From contig OX597833.1 of assembly GCA_951406725.2 (NCBI GenBank), positions 58,156,001-58,220,000 of the forward strand: a DNA stretch of 64,000 bases. Reading direction: 5' to 3'. The position numbers and the translations under genes were made by a program. Shown in pieces: positions 50,950-64,000 of this stretch; the first letter of the stretch is position 1; each line of letters begins with the position of its first letter. The notes under the pieces were generated by a model. It had not been told where the DNA came from, did not search any database, and saw only the letters and a program-made list of their open reading frames with translations. This stretch comes from Octopus vulgaris. Taxonomy: Eukaryota.

Positions 50950-53900
50950 AAATATTATCCAAACTCACAAAAGTGGGTATGCTTCAGTTCTGCTGCCAGT
51001 TGCAGTACACCGCTGCCAAGACGTCTCAAAACAAGTCTGGGATACAATTGCAAAGCGAGACACTGTGGTAGTGGTGACGGTGGTGGTGGCTGCGGTGGCG
51101 GTGGTGATGGTGGTGGTGGTGGTGATGGTGGTAGTGGTGGTGGTGGTCACAATGATGGTGATTGTGGTGGTGGTCGTCGTCGTCGTGGTGATGGTGGTGG
51201 TGTTTGTGGCAGAGTTGTCCTTTGACTGTGAAGCTGTCGTCTGGGTTCTTCCAATTTTTGTCGGTGGCGGAGTTAGCGTCCATGCTCGCACCTGCACCTG
51301 TGTTGCTCCTCCCCTTCCCCCCTCCTTCATGAAGCTGTGGTGAAGGAAGGGTAGGGAAATCAACGTCGAAAAGCGTTGTCAAGGAGACCAGCGTTCTTTT
51401 AGAACGACTACTTCATGGCTTTGAAGTTACCAAAACAGAAATGGCTAAGAAAACCGAAAGCAAATTCTATAAAATCTGGAATCACGCCACACAGGGCAGG
51501 TTTCCCGTGCAAAGAATTTGCACAACCGAATGTTTTAGTTGTTGCACAACTTTTACATAAAAGATATTATCCAAACACAAACTTTTGAAGACAATATTGT
51601 ATAGCGATGGCACTTGTGAAATATGGTAATAGATTTAGTAGCCAAAAGGAGAGAGCAGCGATATAGTATGGTGGTGTTGGTGGCGGTGGAAATAGCGACG
51701 GCGGAATGGTGGTAGTGGCAGCGGCGGTGGTGGTGGTGGTGGTCATGGTGGTAGTGGTGGTGGTGGTGGTGGTGGTCATGGCGGTAGTGGTGATGGTGGT
51801 CGTGGTAGTGGTGGTGGTGGTGGTGGTGGTAGTGGTGGTGGTGGTCATGGTGGTAGTGGTAGTGGTGGTGGTCATGGTGGTAGTGGTGATGGTGGTAGTG
51901 GTCGTGGTGGTAGTGGTGGTGGTGGTGGTCATGGTGGTAGTGGTGGTGGTCATGGTGGTAGTGGTGGTAGTGGTGGTGGTCATGGTGGTAGTTGTGATGG
52001 TGGTGGTGGTCATGGTGGTTGTTGTGGTGGTGGTAGTAGTGGTTGTGGTCATGGTGGTAGTGGTGGTGGTGGTCATGGTGGTAGTGGTGATGGTGGTGGT
52101 GGTCATGGTGGTGGTGCTGATCATGGTGGTAGTGGTGGTGGTGTTAGTGGTGGTAGTGGTCATTGTGGTAGTGGTGGTGGTGGTCATGGTGGTAGTGGTG
52201 GTCGTCGTCGTGGTGATGGTGCTGGTGTTTGTGGCAGAGTTGTCCTTTGACTGTGAAGCTGTCGTCTGGGTTCTTCCAATTTTTGTCGGTGGCGGAGTTA
52301 GCGTCCATGCTCACACCTGCACCTGTGTTGCTCCTCCCCTTCCCCCCTCCTTCATGAAGCTGTGGTGAAGGAAGGGTAGGGAAATCAACGTCGTAAGCGT
52401 TGTCAAGGCGACTAGCGTTCTTTTAGAACGACGACTTCATGGCTTTGAAGTCGCCAAAACAGAAATGGCTAAGAAAGCCGAAAGCAAATTCTACAAAATC
52501 GGGAAACACGCCACACAGGGAAGGTTTCCCGTGCAAAGAATTTGCACAACCGAATGTTTTAGTTGTTGCACAACTTTTACATAAAAGATATTATCCAAAC
52601 ACACACTTTTGAAGACAATATTGTATAGCGATGGCACTTGTGAAATATGGTAATAGATTTAGTAGCCAAAAGGAGAGAGCAGCGATATAGTATGGTGGTG
52701 TTGGAAATAGCGACGGCGGAATGGTGGTAGTGGCAGCGGCGGTGGCGGTGGTGGTGGTGGTGGTCATGGTGGTAGTGATGGTGGTGGTCATTGTGGTAGG
52801 GGTGATGGTGGTGGTGGTAGTGGTGGTGGTGGTCATGGTGGTATTGGTGGAGGTGGTAGTGATGGTGGTGGTGGTCATGGTGGTAGTGGTGGTTGAGGTA
52901 GTGGTGGTGGTGGTCATGGTGGTAGTGGTGGTGTGGTGGTGGTGGTGGTGGTGGTGGTGATCATGGTGGTGGTGGTCATGGTGGTAGTGTTGAAGGTGGT
53001 GGTGGTGGTCATGGTGGTATTGGTGGTAGTGGTGGTGGTGGTGATGGTGGTAGTGGTGGTGGTGGTCATGGTGGTAGTAGAGGTTGTGGTAGTGGTGGTG
53101 GTGGTCATGGTGGTAGTGGTGATGGTGATAGTGGTGTGGTGGTGGTGGTGGTCGTCGTGGTGGTGATGGTGGTGGTGTTTGTGGCAGAGTTGTCCTTTGA
53201 CTGTGAAGCTGTCGTCTGGTTTCTTCCAATTCTTCGTGTGTCGGTGGCGGAGTTGACGTCCATGGTCGCACCTGCACCTGTGTTGCTCCTCCCCTCCTTC
53301 CCTCCTTCATGAAGCTGTGGTGAAGGAAGGGTAGGGAAATCAACGTCGTAAGCGTTGTCAAGGAGACCAGCGTTCTTTTAGAACAACGACTTCATGGCTT
53401 TGATGTCGCCAAAACAGAAATGGCTAAGAAAGCCGAAAGCAAATTCTACAAAATCGGGAAACACGCCACACAGGGAAGGTTTCCCGTGCAAAGAATTTGC
53501 ACAACCGAATGTTTTAGTTGTTGCACAACTTTTACATAAAATATATTATCCGAACACACAAACTTTTGAAGGCAATAAAAAGGCAAACTTGAAGACAATA
53601 TTGTATGGCGATGGTACTTGTGAAATATGGTTATAGATTTAGTAGCCAAAAGGAGAAAGCAGAGGTATAGTATGGTGGTGTTGGTGGCGGTGGAAATAGC
53701 GACGGCGGAATGGTGGTAGTGGCAGCGGCAGTGGCGGTGGTGGTGGTGGTGGTGGTGGTAGTGGTGGTGGTGGTCATGGTGGTAGTGGTGATGGTGGTGG
53801 TCGTGGTCGTGGTCGTGGTCGTCGTCGTCGTGGTGATGGTGCTGGTGTTTGTGGCAGAGTTGTCCTTTGACTGTGAAGCTGTCGTCTGGGTTCTTCCAAT

Positions 53901-54245
53901 TTTTGTCGGTGGCGGAGTTGGCGTCCATGCTCGCACCTGCACCTGTGTTGCTCCTCCCCTCCTTCCCTCCTTCATGAAGCTGTGGGGAAGGCAGGGTAGG
54001 GAAATCAACGTCGTAAGCGTTGTCAAGGAGACCAGTGTTCTTTTAGAACGACGACTTTATGGCTTTGAAGTGACCAAAACAGGAAATGGCTAAGAAAGCC
54101 GAAAGCAAATTCTACAAAATCGGGAAACACGCCACACAGGGCAGGTTTCCCGTGCAAAGAATTTGCACAACCGAATGTTTTAGTTGTTGCACAACTAATA
54201 CATAAAAAATATTATCCAAACACAAACTTTTGAAGTTTAGTATTG
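50950..54245. repeat. Four-unit tandem array: about 510-bp conserved block plus variable (GGT)n-type tract
   Basis: Anchor GTGTTTGTGGCAGAGTTGTCC at about 51200, 52225, 53175 and 53845. Confidence 0.92.
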
Positions 54246-54441
54246 TCTTTTTTTTTGTTTTTAACGCTTGTGCAAAATTGGATTTGTTTCTGGTGGTAGT
54301 GTTGGTGGTAGTGTTGGTGTCACTTGTAGTGGTTGAGGTTGTAGTAGTGGTGTCGTTGTTGGCAGTAATGGTAGACGGCAAAACGACGATATCGTTGCTG
54401 TTGTTGTTGTCGTTGGTGGAGGTGGTGGTGACGGTGGTGGT

Positions 54442-54890
54442 GGAATTTCTCAATTCACTGGAGCCTCTTGGACTACCTATACATATTAGCACTTAAAGTT
54501 GGAACTCCTGTAATGCTACTCCGCAATCTGGAACCACCAAGACTTTGCAATGCAACACGACTGGCGATAAAGAAAATGATGTCACACGTTATCGAGGCGA
54601 TCATTCTTTCTGGATGTGGAAAAGCTGATGACGTCTTTATTCCAAGAATTCCTCTTACTCCATCAGGAGCAGAAATTCCATTTACATTCAGAAGACTGCA
54701 ATTCCCCCTTTGTGTCAGCTTTGCCATGTCCATTAACAAATCTCAGGGTCAAACCCTCTCTGTAGCTGGTCTTCTCTTGGAAGAGCCCTGCTTCTCGCAT
54801 GGGCAACTGTATGTTGGCTGCTCAAAAAACCTTTTTGTATATGCTCCACAAGGAAAAACAAGGAACATTGTTTACAACGAGGTGTTATAA
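54442..54890 (+). pseudogene. Helitron PIF1-like helicase C-terminal fragment
   Basis: EFLNSLEPLGLP / LKVGTPVMLLRNL..PRLCN.TRL...RLQFPL..SFAMSINKSQGQTL...FSHGQLYV. Confidence 0.93.
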
Positions 54891-54943
54891 TCTCAACAGC
54901 CTCTTTTTTTTTAACAAACTTCATGTACTTTCATGTATTTATA

Positions 54944-54987
<44 letters not shown>

Positions 54988-55135
54988 CCGGAGTAAACAC
55001 ATAAATGTGAAACAAGGTGGAAAAAAGAGTACTCAAATACCAGTGGTAGAGTAATATGCTTTATTTAAAGCAGCAGAAAATTCAACAAAATCTGTTACTC
55101 TGAGTTTCTCGTTGCCGTTCATCAGACAGTTTTTG

Positions 55136-55138
<3 letters not shown>
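54988..55138 (-). mobile_element. Penelope-like pLTR fragment with hammerhead motif (55092-55129)
   Basis: CUGU-CUGAUGA-ACG(GCAA)CGA-GAAA-CUCAGAG-UA^ACAG, inside (TA)n. Same family at 38618-38717 and 56960-57194. Confidence 0.7.
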
Positions 55139-55195
<57 letters not shown>

Positions 55196-55659
55196 CCATA
55201 TATATATATATATAACAGAATAGTCTAATTCTTCAATTGAATGTAACCGGGCAACGCCGGGTATCTCTGCTAGTATATATATATATATATGGTGTGTTTA
55301 CGTCTCCGTAACTTAGCGGTTCGGCAAGAGAGCGACCGATAGAATAAGTACTAGACTTACAAAGAAGTAAGTCTCGGGATCGATTTGCTCGACTAAATGG
55401 CGGTGCTCCAGCATGGCCGCAGTCAAATGTCTGAAACAAGTAAAAGAGTAAAAGAGTATATACATTTATGAGCACACACACAGACACACACACACATTCA
55501 TAAACTAAGTGTTTATGTTGTTAAAGAAACGTGTATATATATAAATATCCGCATATAAACACGCACACATATACATATAGATTAATTTTAGTGTATCAGT
55601 TTAAATATAGGTGTATATGTAAATTAGAGCGCGCGTAAAAAAGAAGAAAAAAACTATCT

Positions 55660-56390
55660 CTAAACGCGGAGAGAGAAAGATAGAGAGAGAGAGAGAAAAG
55701 GAGAAAGAGAGAGAGGGAGAGGAAATAGTGGGGGGGGGGAGAAAAAGAGCGGTAAAGAGAGCAGGCGATTGAAAAAAAGAGCGATGGAGAGAGATAAAGC
55801 GAAAGCGAGAAGTGCAAGAACTCGAAACATACACCAAGCGAGGAATGTTTCTTTCAGAGAGAGAGAGAGGGAGAGAGAGAGAAAATAAGATAGAGAAACA
55901 GAGAGAGAGAGAGAGACAGAGAAAGAAAGAGAGAGAAACAGTAAGAAACAGAGACAGAGAGAGAGAGAGAGAGAGAGATTCGGTGGGGGGGGCAGAAGCG
56001 GAGAAAGAGTCTTTCAGAGAGAGAGAGAGAGAAAAGATAGAAAAACAGAGAGAGAAAGAGAAAGAAAGAGAGAGAAACAGTAAGAGACAGAGAGAGAGAT
56101 AGAGAGAGAGATTCGGGGGAAGGGAGGGGAGGCAGAAGCAGAGAAAGACAAAAAGAGAAAGAAACAGAGAGAGAGAGAGAGACAGAGAAAGAAAGAGAGA
56201 GAGAAACAGTAAGAGACAGAAGAGAGACAGAGAGAGAGAGAGAGATTCGGGAAGGGGGGGGCAGAAGCAGAGAAAGACAAAAAGAGAAAGAAACAGAGAG
56301 AGACAGAGAGAGAAACAGTAAGAGACAGAGACAGAGAGATAGAGAGATTCTGCGGGGGGGGGGGGGGCAGAAGCAGAGAAAGACAAAAAG

Positions 56391-56421
<31 letters not shown>

Positions 56422-56428
56422 AGGAGAG
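55660..56428. repeat. GA-rich low-complexity and minisatellite region
   Basis: Repeated GAGAGATTCGG...GGGGGCAGAAGCAGAGAAAGA units. Confidence 0.9.
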
Positions 56429-56812
56429 ATCTACAAGTGACCGTGACCTTTATGTTATTGCCTTATATCTCAGCCAATAGGAAGTGAAGTAATAGATGGG
56501 CTGATGTGATCGTTTATACATATACAAACAAACAAGACTTATATACTATAACGTGCCTTGCTGCTCTCTCTCTCTCTCTCTCTATAGCAAGCCTTACATC
56601 CCCCCCACGTCCGCCACCTTGCTGCTTCTATCACCTTGATATTCTTCTGTAATTTTTTACCTCATGTGTATGTATACGTATATGCATGCTCTGTTTGCTA
56701 GTGTGTGTGTGTGTGTGTGTGTATAAGTAGTGAAGCTAAAAAAGCTATTCAAGGTCCGAGGGTTTGCATTGCACATTCTGTCTAACATTTTTGTTGAGAA
56801 TGTGTATGCACT

Positions 56813-57280
<468 letters not shown>

Positions 57281-57419
57281 AGAGATGTACTTGCATAGCA
57301 AGTGATTTGATCTGAGATCGTGTGTGCTGAAACGAAAACAATTGCAGCGTGGAAGGTGTTTGTAAGCCATTTAAGAAACACACAAAAGCCGTTCGAGTCA
57401 CTTCAACACTTAAGTTTAA

Positions 57420-57471
57420 TTTTGTCAAAATATTTTCGTCGTTAAAATCCGCGACCTGTTCACTGACAAAA
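57420..57471 (-). ncRNA. Hammerhead-like motif, G3-C8 variant, in a TA-embedded repeat (57278-57483)
   Basis: UUUUGUCA-GUGAACA-G-GUCG...CGAC-GAAA-AUAU-UU^UGACAAAA; 8-bp stem I. Confidence 0.6.
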
Positions 57472-57479
57472 ATCCGTGC

Positions 57480-57539
<60 letters not shown>

Positions 57540-57766
57540 TATATGTATTCAAAACTATTGAAAAGGTTTGCAAGATGCAACGAAAATTTTAGGAAGATAC
57601 AAAAAAAAATTTTTTAAATGGAAATTTTACCGGTGAAGTGTGTTAAATAATAAGGCACTAAAAGAGAATGACTCTCCCCAGACACAACAGAATATGCTTC
57701 AACACACGAACTCATATAAAGAATCTTGCAAATCCCAAAACGAAATATATATATATATATATATAT

Positions 57767-57806
<40 letters not shown>

Positions 57807-57855
57807 TATTAGTTTCGTGTAGTGACATGTATGTGTATGCTTGTGTGTGTGTATT

Positions 57856-57892
<37 letters not shown>

Positions 57893-58140
57893 TTGTCCCC
57901 CCCCCCACATCGCTTAACAACCGAAGCTGGTGTGTTTACGTCCCCGTAACTTAGCGGTTCGGCAAAAGAGCGCCCGATAGAATAAGTACCAGGCTTACAA
58001 AGAATAAGGCTGAGAGACTAGTGCATTGATTACAAATACATTGTACAGTATTGAATATGCCAGTGATTAATGCAGCAAGGCTGAGGCTGCCAGCCGGTGC
58101 ATGAGGTATTATATGCCTCGATCGTGAAGGAACAAATGTG

Positions 58141-58721
58141 GGATCTTTTCCGTTTGAACGGCACATGTCAACACAATTTCTAGTTGACTAAACACTTTAA
58201 AACTTCGTATACTGGTAGAATGTGTCAAAATAAAGCATTTTTTTTTCTCTTTGCTTTCTTGAGAAAATTGTAATTCGTTTGTTTAACGTAGTTTAATTTT
58301 TCGAATTTTAACCAATGAATCGCCTCTAATTGAGCTAAAATCATTTGCTGCGTCTAAAACTGCGACAACATCCTGTCACTAACCCTAACCCTAATTTTTT
58401 TTTCTTAATTGTTAAATTAATTTAATTGTTACGCGTGTAAAAAAAACGGAAGCCTTTTTAGGGTTAGGGTTAGGGTTAGGGTTAGTGACAGGATGTTGTC
58501 TCAGTTTTAGACGCAGCAAATGATTTTTGCTCAATTAGAGGCGATTCATTGGTTAAAATTCGAAAAATTAAACTACGTTAAACAAACGAATTACAATTTT
58601 CTCAAGAAAGCCAAGAGAAAAAAATGTTTTATTTTGACACATTCTACCAGTATACGAAGTTTTAAAGTGTTTAGTTAACTGGAAATTGTGTTTACATGTG
58701 CCGTTCAAAAGGAAAAGATCC
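58141..58721. mobile_element. Long-TIR MITE (GGATCTTTTC family) containing TTAGGG repeats
   Basis: About 250-bp TIRs; CCCTAA repeats at 58379-58394 and (TTAGGG)4 at 58458-58481. TSD is unclear. Confidence 0.88.
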
Positions 58722-59010
58722 CAATGCAGGGTTTGTACGCCAGGACGAGACGAAAAGCGTGTGTGTGCCGAAAGGGTCGCATGTGCGGGCTTCCGTAGTT
58801 TCTTCCAGTTAGTTTTTGGGTATGTAGCTGTTGAAATGATGCATTTATTGGCGGCATTCATTGTGCGTCGGCTGTCAAATCCACTCGCAAGGCTTTGGTC
58901 GGCCCGAAACTATAGTAGAAGACACTTGCCCAAGGTGCCTCGCAGTGGGACTGAACACGGAATCGTGTGGTTGGTAAGCAAGCTACTTACCACACAGCCA
59001 CTCCAACGCC

Positions 59011-59018
59011 TATATGTA

Positions 59019-59054
<36 letters not shown>

Positions 59055-59627
59055 TGTATGTATGTATACATGTGCGTATGTATGTATGTATGTATGTATG
59101 TATGTATGTATGTATGTGTGTATATATGTATGTGTGTATGTATGTATGTATGTATGTATGTATGTATGTATGTATGTATGTATGTATGTGAAAGTATGTG
59201 TATGTGTGTGTATGTATGTGTGTATGTATGTATGTATGTATGTATGTATGTATGTATGTGTGTATATATGTATGTGTGTATGTATGTACGTATGTATGTA
59301 TGTATGTGAAAGTATGTGTATGTGTGTGTATGTATGTGTGTATGTATGTATGTATGTATGTATGTATGTGTGTATATATGTATGTATGTGAAAGTATGTG
59401 TATGTGTGTGTATGTATGTGTGTATGTATGTATGTATGTATGTATGTATGTATGTATGTATGTATATGTATGTGTGTATGTATGTATGTGTGTATGTATG
59501 TGTGTGTGTCTGTATGTGTGTATGTATGTATGTATGTGTGTATGTATGTATGTGTGTATGTATGTATGTGTGTATGCATGTATGTATGTGTGTATGTATA
59601 TATGTATGTGAAAGTATGTGTATGTGT
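59011..59627. repeat. (TATG)n microsatellite
   Basis: Direct reading. Confidence 0.97.
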
Positions 59628-59925
59628 GAAGGCGCGTGGCTTAGTGGTTAGGGGAATCGGTTCCCGATCGTAAGGTCGTAAGTTCAATTCCTGGCGACGC
59701 GTTGTGTTCTTGAGCAAGACACTTTATTTCACGTTGCTCCAGTCCACTCAGCTGGCAAAAATGAGTAGTACCAGCCTTGTCACACTCTGTGTCACACTGA
59801 ATCTCCCCCGAGAACTACGTTAAGGATACACGTGTCTGTGGAATGCTCAGCCACTTGCACGTTAATTTCACGAGCAAGCTGTTCCATTGATCGTTGGGAC
59901 CCCCGTTGTAACCGACGGTGTGTTC
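59628..59925 (+). mobile_element. SINE family D
   Basis: Reverse complement match to 22490-22813. Confidence 0.85.
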
Positions 59926-60093
59926 CTTGCATGCATGCATGCATGTATGTATGTATGTATGTATGTATGTATGTATGTATGTATGTACACACGCATGCAT
60001 GTACACACACGCACGCACACACGCTTACAATCACATACACACACACACGCAATTATACAGAAAACTACACACCAGTCGTATACTCACACATTC

Positions 60094-60499
60094 AGAAAGA
60101 AAGAAAGAAAGAAGGAAAGAAAGAAAGAAAGGAAGGGAAAAAGAAAGAAAGAAAGAAAGGGAAAAAGAAAGAAAGGAAGGAAGGAAGGAAGGAAGGAAGA
60201 AAGTAAGGAAGGGAGAAAAGAAGAAAGAAGGAAGGGAAGGAAAAAAGGAAAAAAAGAAAGAAAGAAAGGGAAAAATAAAGAAAGAAAGAAAGAAAGGAAG
60301 GAAGAAAGAAAAAAAGAAAGAAGAAAGAAAGGAAGGAAGAAAGAAAGGAAGGGAGAAAGAAAGAAAGGAAAGAAGAAAGAAAGGAAGGGAGAAAGAAAGG
60401 AAGGAAAGAAGAAAGAAAGGAAGGGAGAAAGAAAGGAAGGAAGAAAGAAAGGGAGAAAGAAAGAAAGGAAGGAAGGAAGGGAGAAAGAAAGAAAGGAAA

Positions 60500-60531
<32 letters not shown>

Positions 60532-60567
60532 GAAGAAAGAAAGAAAGGAAGAAAGAAAGAAAGGAAA

Positions 60568-60603
<36 letters not shown>

Positions 60604-60892
60604 GAAGGGAGAAAGAAAGGAAGGGAGAAAGAAAGAAAGGAAAGAAGAAAGAAAGAAAGGAAGGGAGAAAGAAAGGAAAAAAGAAAGAAATAAAGGGAAA
60701 AAGAAAGAAAGGAAGGGAGGGAGAAAGGAAGGAAGAAAGGAAGAAAGGGAGAAAGAAAGGAAGGGAGAAAAGAAGAAAGAAAGAAGGGAAGGAAGAAAGG
60801 AAAAAAGAAAGAAAGGAAAGAAGAAAGGAAGAAAGAAAGAAAGAAAAAAAGAAGAAAGAAAGAGAGTGAGTGAGTGAGTGAGTAAGAGAGAG

Positions 60893-60930
<38 letters not shown>
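60094..60930. repeat. (GAAA)/(GGAA)/(GA) purine tract
   Basis: Direct reading. Confidence 0.97.
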
Positions 60931-60934
<4 letters not shown>

Positions 60935-61541
60935 TGGGTTATTAAACTGCTAACTTCATTGGAAGTAAAAAACGAAAGAGGTAAAAAAACGAAAAAAAAA
61001 AACAAAAACCACAGATGAGGAAACAAAAAAAAACAACAAAAAACAAAAAAACACAAAAAACAAAAAACAAAAAAAACAAAAAAAACAAGCATAAACAAGG
61101 AAATACAAACCCAAAACATAGCGGAAAAAAAAGCGGAAAAAAAAAAAAAGCCAAGGAAAAGAAACAAATACGATCTCCACAGCGTTTCACCTTGACATAA
61201 TGGAACATTCCATCGCCGAGGAGTCTGACTCTCAAAGAATGCGTTTCCTTTTCTCCATACAATTGTAGCATGATTCCTTCATGGTTTCGCCAACTTTCAC
61301 ACTTAAAGAGTGTTGTTCTCTTACCGCCAAGATGATACCTGCCAGTGAATAATCTGATCGTTTGGATGACTTTAATGTAAAAGAGGGTCTCCCACCCTGC
61401 CCCTCCCCGCTCATTCCCTTCTCCTCTTTCACTCCCCCTCTTTCTCTCTTTTCCTTTCTTTCTTTCTTTCTTTCTTTCCTTCAATCTCTCGCTTTGTATC
61501 TTCATCTCTCTCTGTCTCTCTCACTCTCTCTATTTGCATAA

Positions 61542-61956
61542 ATATTTCTTTACTACCCACAAGGGGCTTAAATAGAGAGAGGACAAACAAGGACAGACAT
61601 ACGGATTAAGTTGATTATATCGACCCCAGTGCGTAACTGGTACTTATTTAATCAACCCCGAAAGGATGAAGGGCAAAGTCGACCTCGGCGGAATTTGAAC
61701 TCAGAACGTAGCGGCAGACGAAATCCCTATTTCCTATTTCTTTACTACCCACAAGGGGCTAAACATAGAGAGGACAAACAAGGACAGACATACGGATTAA
61801 GTTGATTACATCGACCCCAGTGCGTAACTGGTACTTATTTAATCGACCCCGAAAGGATGAAGGGTAAAGTCGACCTCGGCGGAATTTGAACTCAGAACGT
61901 AACGGCAGACGAAATACGGCTACGCATTTCGCCCGGCGTGCTAACGTTTCTGCCAG
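61542..61956 (-). mobile_element. Head-to-tail dimer of SINE family A
   Basis: Two units joined at the tail / ATTTCGTCTGCCG junction. Confidence 0.88.
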
Positions 61957-61981
61957 TGTGTCTCCCTCTGTCCCTCTTTGT

Positions 61982-62064
<83 letters not shown>

Positions 62065-62169
62065 TATATCGTAAAAAGAGAGAAAATATTTTTTCGAGCA
62101 AAGCTTTAGGCGAAGTGCTCAAAAAAACTGAAAAGACTATATTTTATAAATGACTCGCAAGAGATACTT

Positions 62170-62409
62170 CGAAATATAAAGATCTTATTCACACTGAATG
62201 AATCAGTAAGTCTCACCTACATGCGCACAGTGGCCTGCTTCCCTCTGTCCTCCCACCTCGGGATCTTTCTTTCTTCTATGTTTCCGACGAAGAGCTCCGC
62301 TCGAAACGTCATACCCTCCTTCTTCCCTTCTTTCCTGAGCGCCCAATAATACTTTATTTGTTCCACATCCTCGCGTTGTTGTCTTTTTGTTTTCTTGTTT
62401 GGATTAACT
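62170..62409 (+). mobile_element. Penelope-like end with degenerate hammerhead motif (62284-62310)
   Basis: CCGACGA-A-GAGC(UCC)GCUC-GAAA-CGUC; the segment ends at (TA)n. Confidence 0.5.
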
Positions 62410-63169
62410 ATATATATATATATATTTATTTACTACCCACAAGGGGCCAAACACAGAGGGGACAAACAAGGACAGACAAACGGATCAAGTCGATTAGATC
62501 GACCCCAGTGCGAAACTGGTACTTTATTTATCGACCCCGAAAGGATGAAAGGCAAAGTCAACCTCGGCGGAATTTGAACTCAGAACATAACGACAGACGA
62601 AATACCGCTATGCATTTCGCCCGGCGCGCTAACGTGTCTGCCAGCTATAAGTATGCATGTTTATCTATCCATATTATATATATATCATCCATCTTTCTTT
62701 TCCTCACGTGATCACCTTCCTTTACTTTCAGGGCTGTCCTTGAGGTTGGATGCCTCCTATCTATTTCTCTCTTCTAATCTTTTCTCTTGTCAAAGAAAAT
62801 ATTTCTCCAGCGTTCGCTATTTTCCTCTCATTCTGGTCTAACAACCATCCATATCTGTTTTCGTTCGGTTTCCTTGTATGTCTCCACTGTCCTGTTTTTG
62901 TTCACAGACGTTGACCGTCCCTAAATTCCGAATTCTATTTTGGTATTTGTGGACGGAGCTGCCTTCGAAGACTCATACAATGCTCGAAATGAGGAATAGA
63001 CAGGCAGCCAACAACTGATGAAGGGTCGTTCTTTATGTTACTTGTCCTATTTTCCATTTGTTTCTCTCATTGTCTGCGTATTGAACTCATTTGTTTTCGT
63101 ATTCCATATATCTATCTATCTATATATATATATATATATATATACATATATACATGTATATATATATAC

Positions 63170-63202
<33 letters not shown>

Positions 63203-63860
63203 TGTATGTATGTAGGTAGGTAGGTAGGTAAGTAGATAGGTAAGTGAGTAAGCGAGCAAGGGAGCAAGCGAGCGCAGACATGGCTGCGTGGTAAGAAGCT
63301 TGCTTCCGGTTGAACTGAGAGGACGCCTCGGTCTGAGCTCCGTCCTAAAAAGAAAAAAAGAACAAAAACAGTGTTCTTCACGCACCTGTTAAAAGTCGTC
63401 ACGCTGGTATGCAGCTGGCGAAAGTTGAACTGAAAGACGCTGTAAGGTAAGACTTTTTGCTTTTTAAGTCCGGTAGGATTTGTTGCCTCTTGGTTTTTTT
63501 GGTTTTTTTGAACAGGCAGGGAGTCCTTTCTGAATTCGAAGCTTTTTGTCTGCCTTGCGGCGGAGACGTGTGTGTTGTCTCACATAATTGTGAGAAATTG
63601 TATTTGAAAATTTTTGTGCCCACGTGGATTAAAAGAATTGGCCAGGAGTACCTTTGGGTCGAAAATGTATTTCTTTGCCTGGATTTGAACTTTCTTTTCA
63701 CAGCTATCATTTATTTAAAGAAAAAAAAAGAACTTTATTTGAACTGTTACTTTTATTTTTTTCTTCCCTTCTGTTGTGTCTTCTTTCTTTTTTTGGTGTA
63801 TCTTTCTTTATTTGAAAACGTATTGACGAACTATATTTGAACTTTTTATTTAAAAAAAAA

Positions 63861-64000
63861 AATGGCAAAGGAAATATTAGTGTGGGAATTAACTCCTCCC
63901 AAATCATGGCTCCCAAATCGAAAGGAAGACGGTGGTGTTGAGGACTTATTCAAAATTGCTCGATACCATAACCGTCTTCCCGAAAGCCACAATTTTGAAA
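63861..64000 (+). pseudogene. Possible start of another Tx1-like ORF1, frameshifted, running off the window
   Basis: ELTPPKSWL / ERKTVVLRTYSK resembles IIPPPDTLQAIREKTVIYKVYN in the ORF1 at 32558-33664. Confidence 0.35.

Larger units (their letters stand above)
48048..55273 (+). mobile_element. Decayed Helitron with internal insertions
   Basis: A|TC start; Rep and helicase fragments in the expected order; hairpin CCGGGCAACGCCGGG and CTAG|T end. The 5' boundary is less certain. Confidence 0.75.

Noticed and set aside
58458-58485. True telomere or chromosome fusion site
   Set aside because: Only about four repeats, lying inside a MITE's TIRs.
62958-63025. Hammerhead-like motif within GCTGCCT...AGGCAGC
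   Set aside because: The core and stem III are degenerate; at best a dead Penelope-like relic.

Overview
Repeat-saturated, AT-rich animal genomic DNA, most likely an octopod cephalopod (inferred from the tRNA-derived SINE families and dense TA/TATG/GAAA microsatellites). No host protein-coding gene can be supported. The window holds one nearly intact L1/Tx1-clade non-LTR retrotransposon (minus strand; gag-like ORF1 plus APE-RT-zinc finger ORF2), a decayed piggyBac, a decayed Helitron with tandem-repeat cargo, fragments of CR1, RTE and CRE LINEs, several MITEs, dozens of SINEs, an 18S rRNA fragment, a SINE-derived 112-bp satellite and several Penelope-like ends carrying hammerhead ribozyme motifs. 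The most unusual structure is the Tx1-like LINE. It is bracketed by two identical 183-bp direct repeats inside (TA)n. The downstream repeat overlaps a complete minimal type I hammerhead (U3-A8 variant), and the upstream repeat begins with just the substrate half of that ribozyme. This is either a LINE with ribozyme-bearing pseudo-LTRs or a LINE inserted into a 268-nt retrozyme-like unit. All calls are by eye; no searches or folding programs were run.
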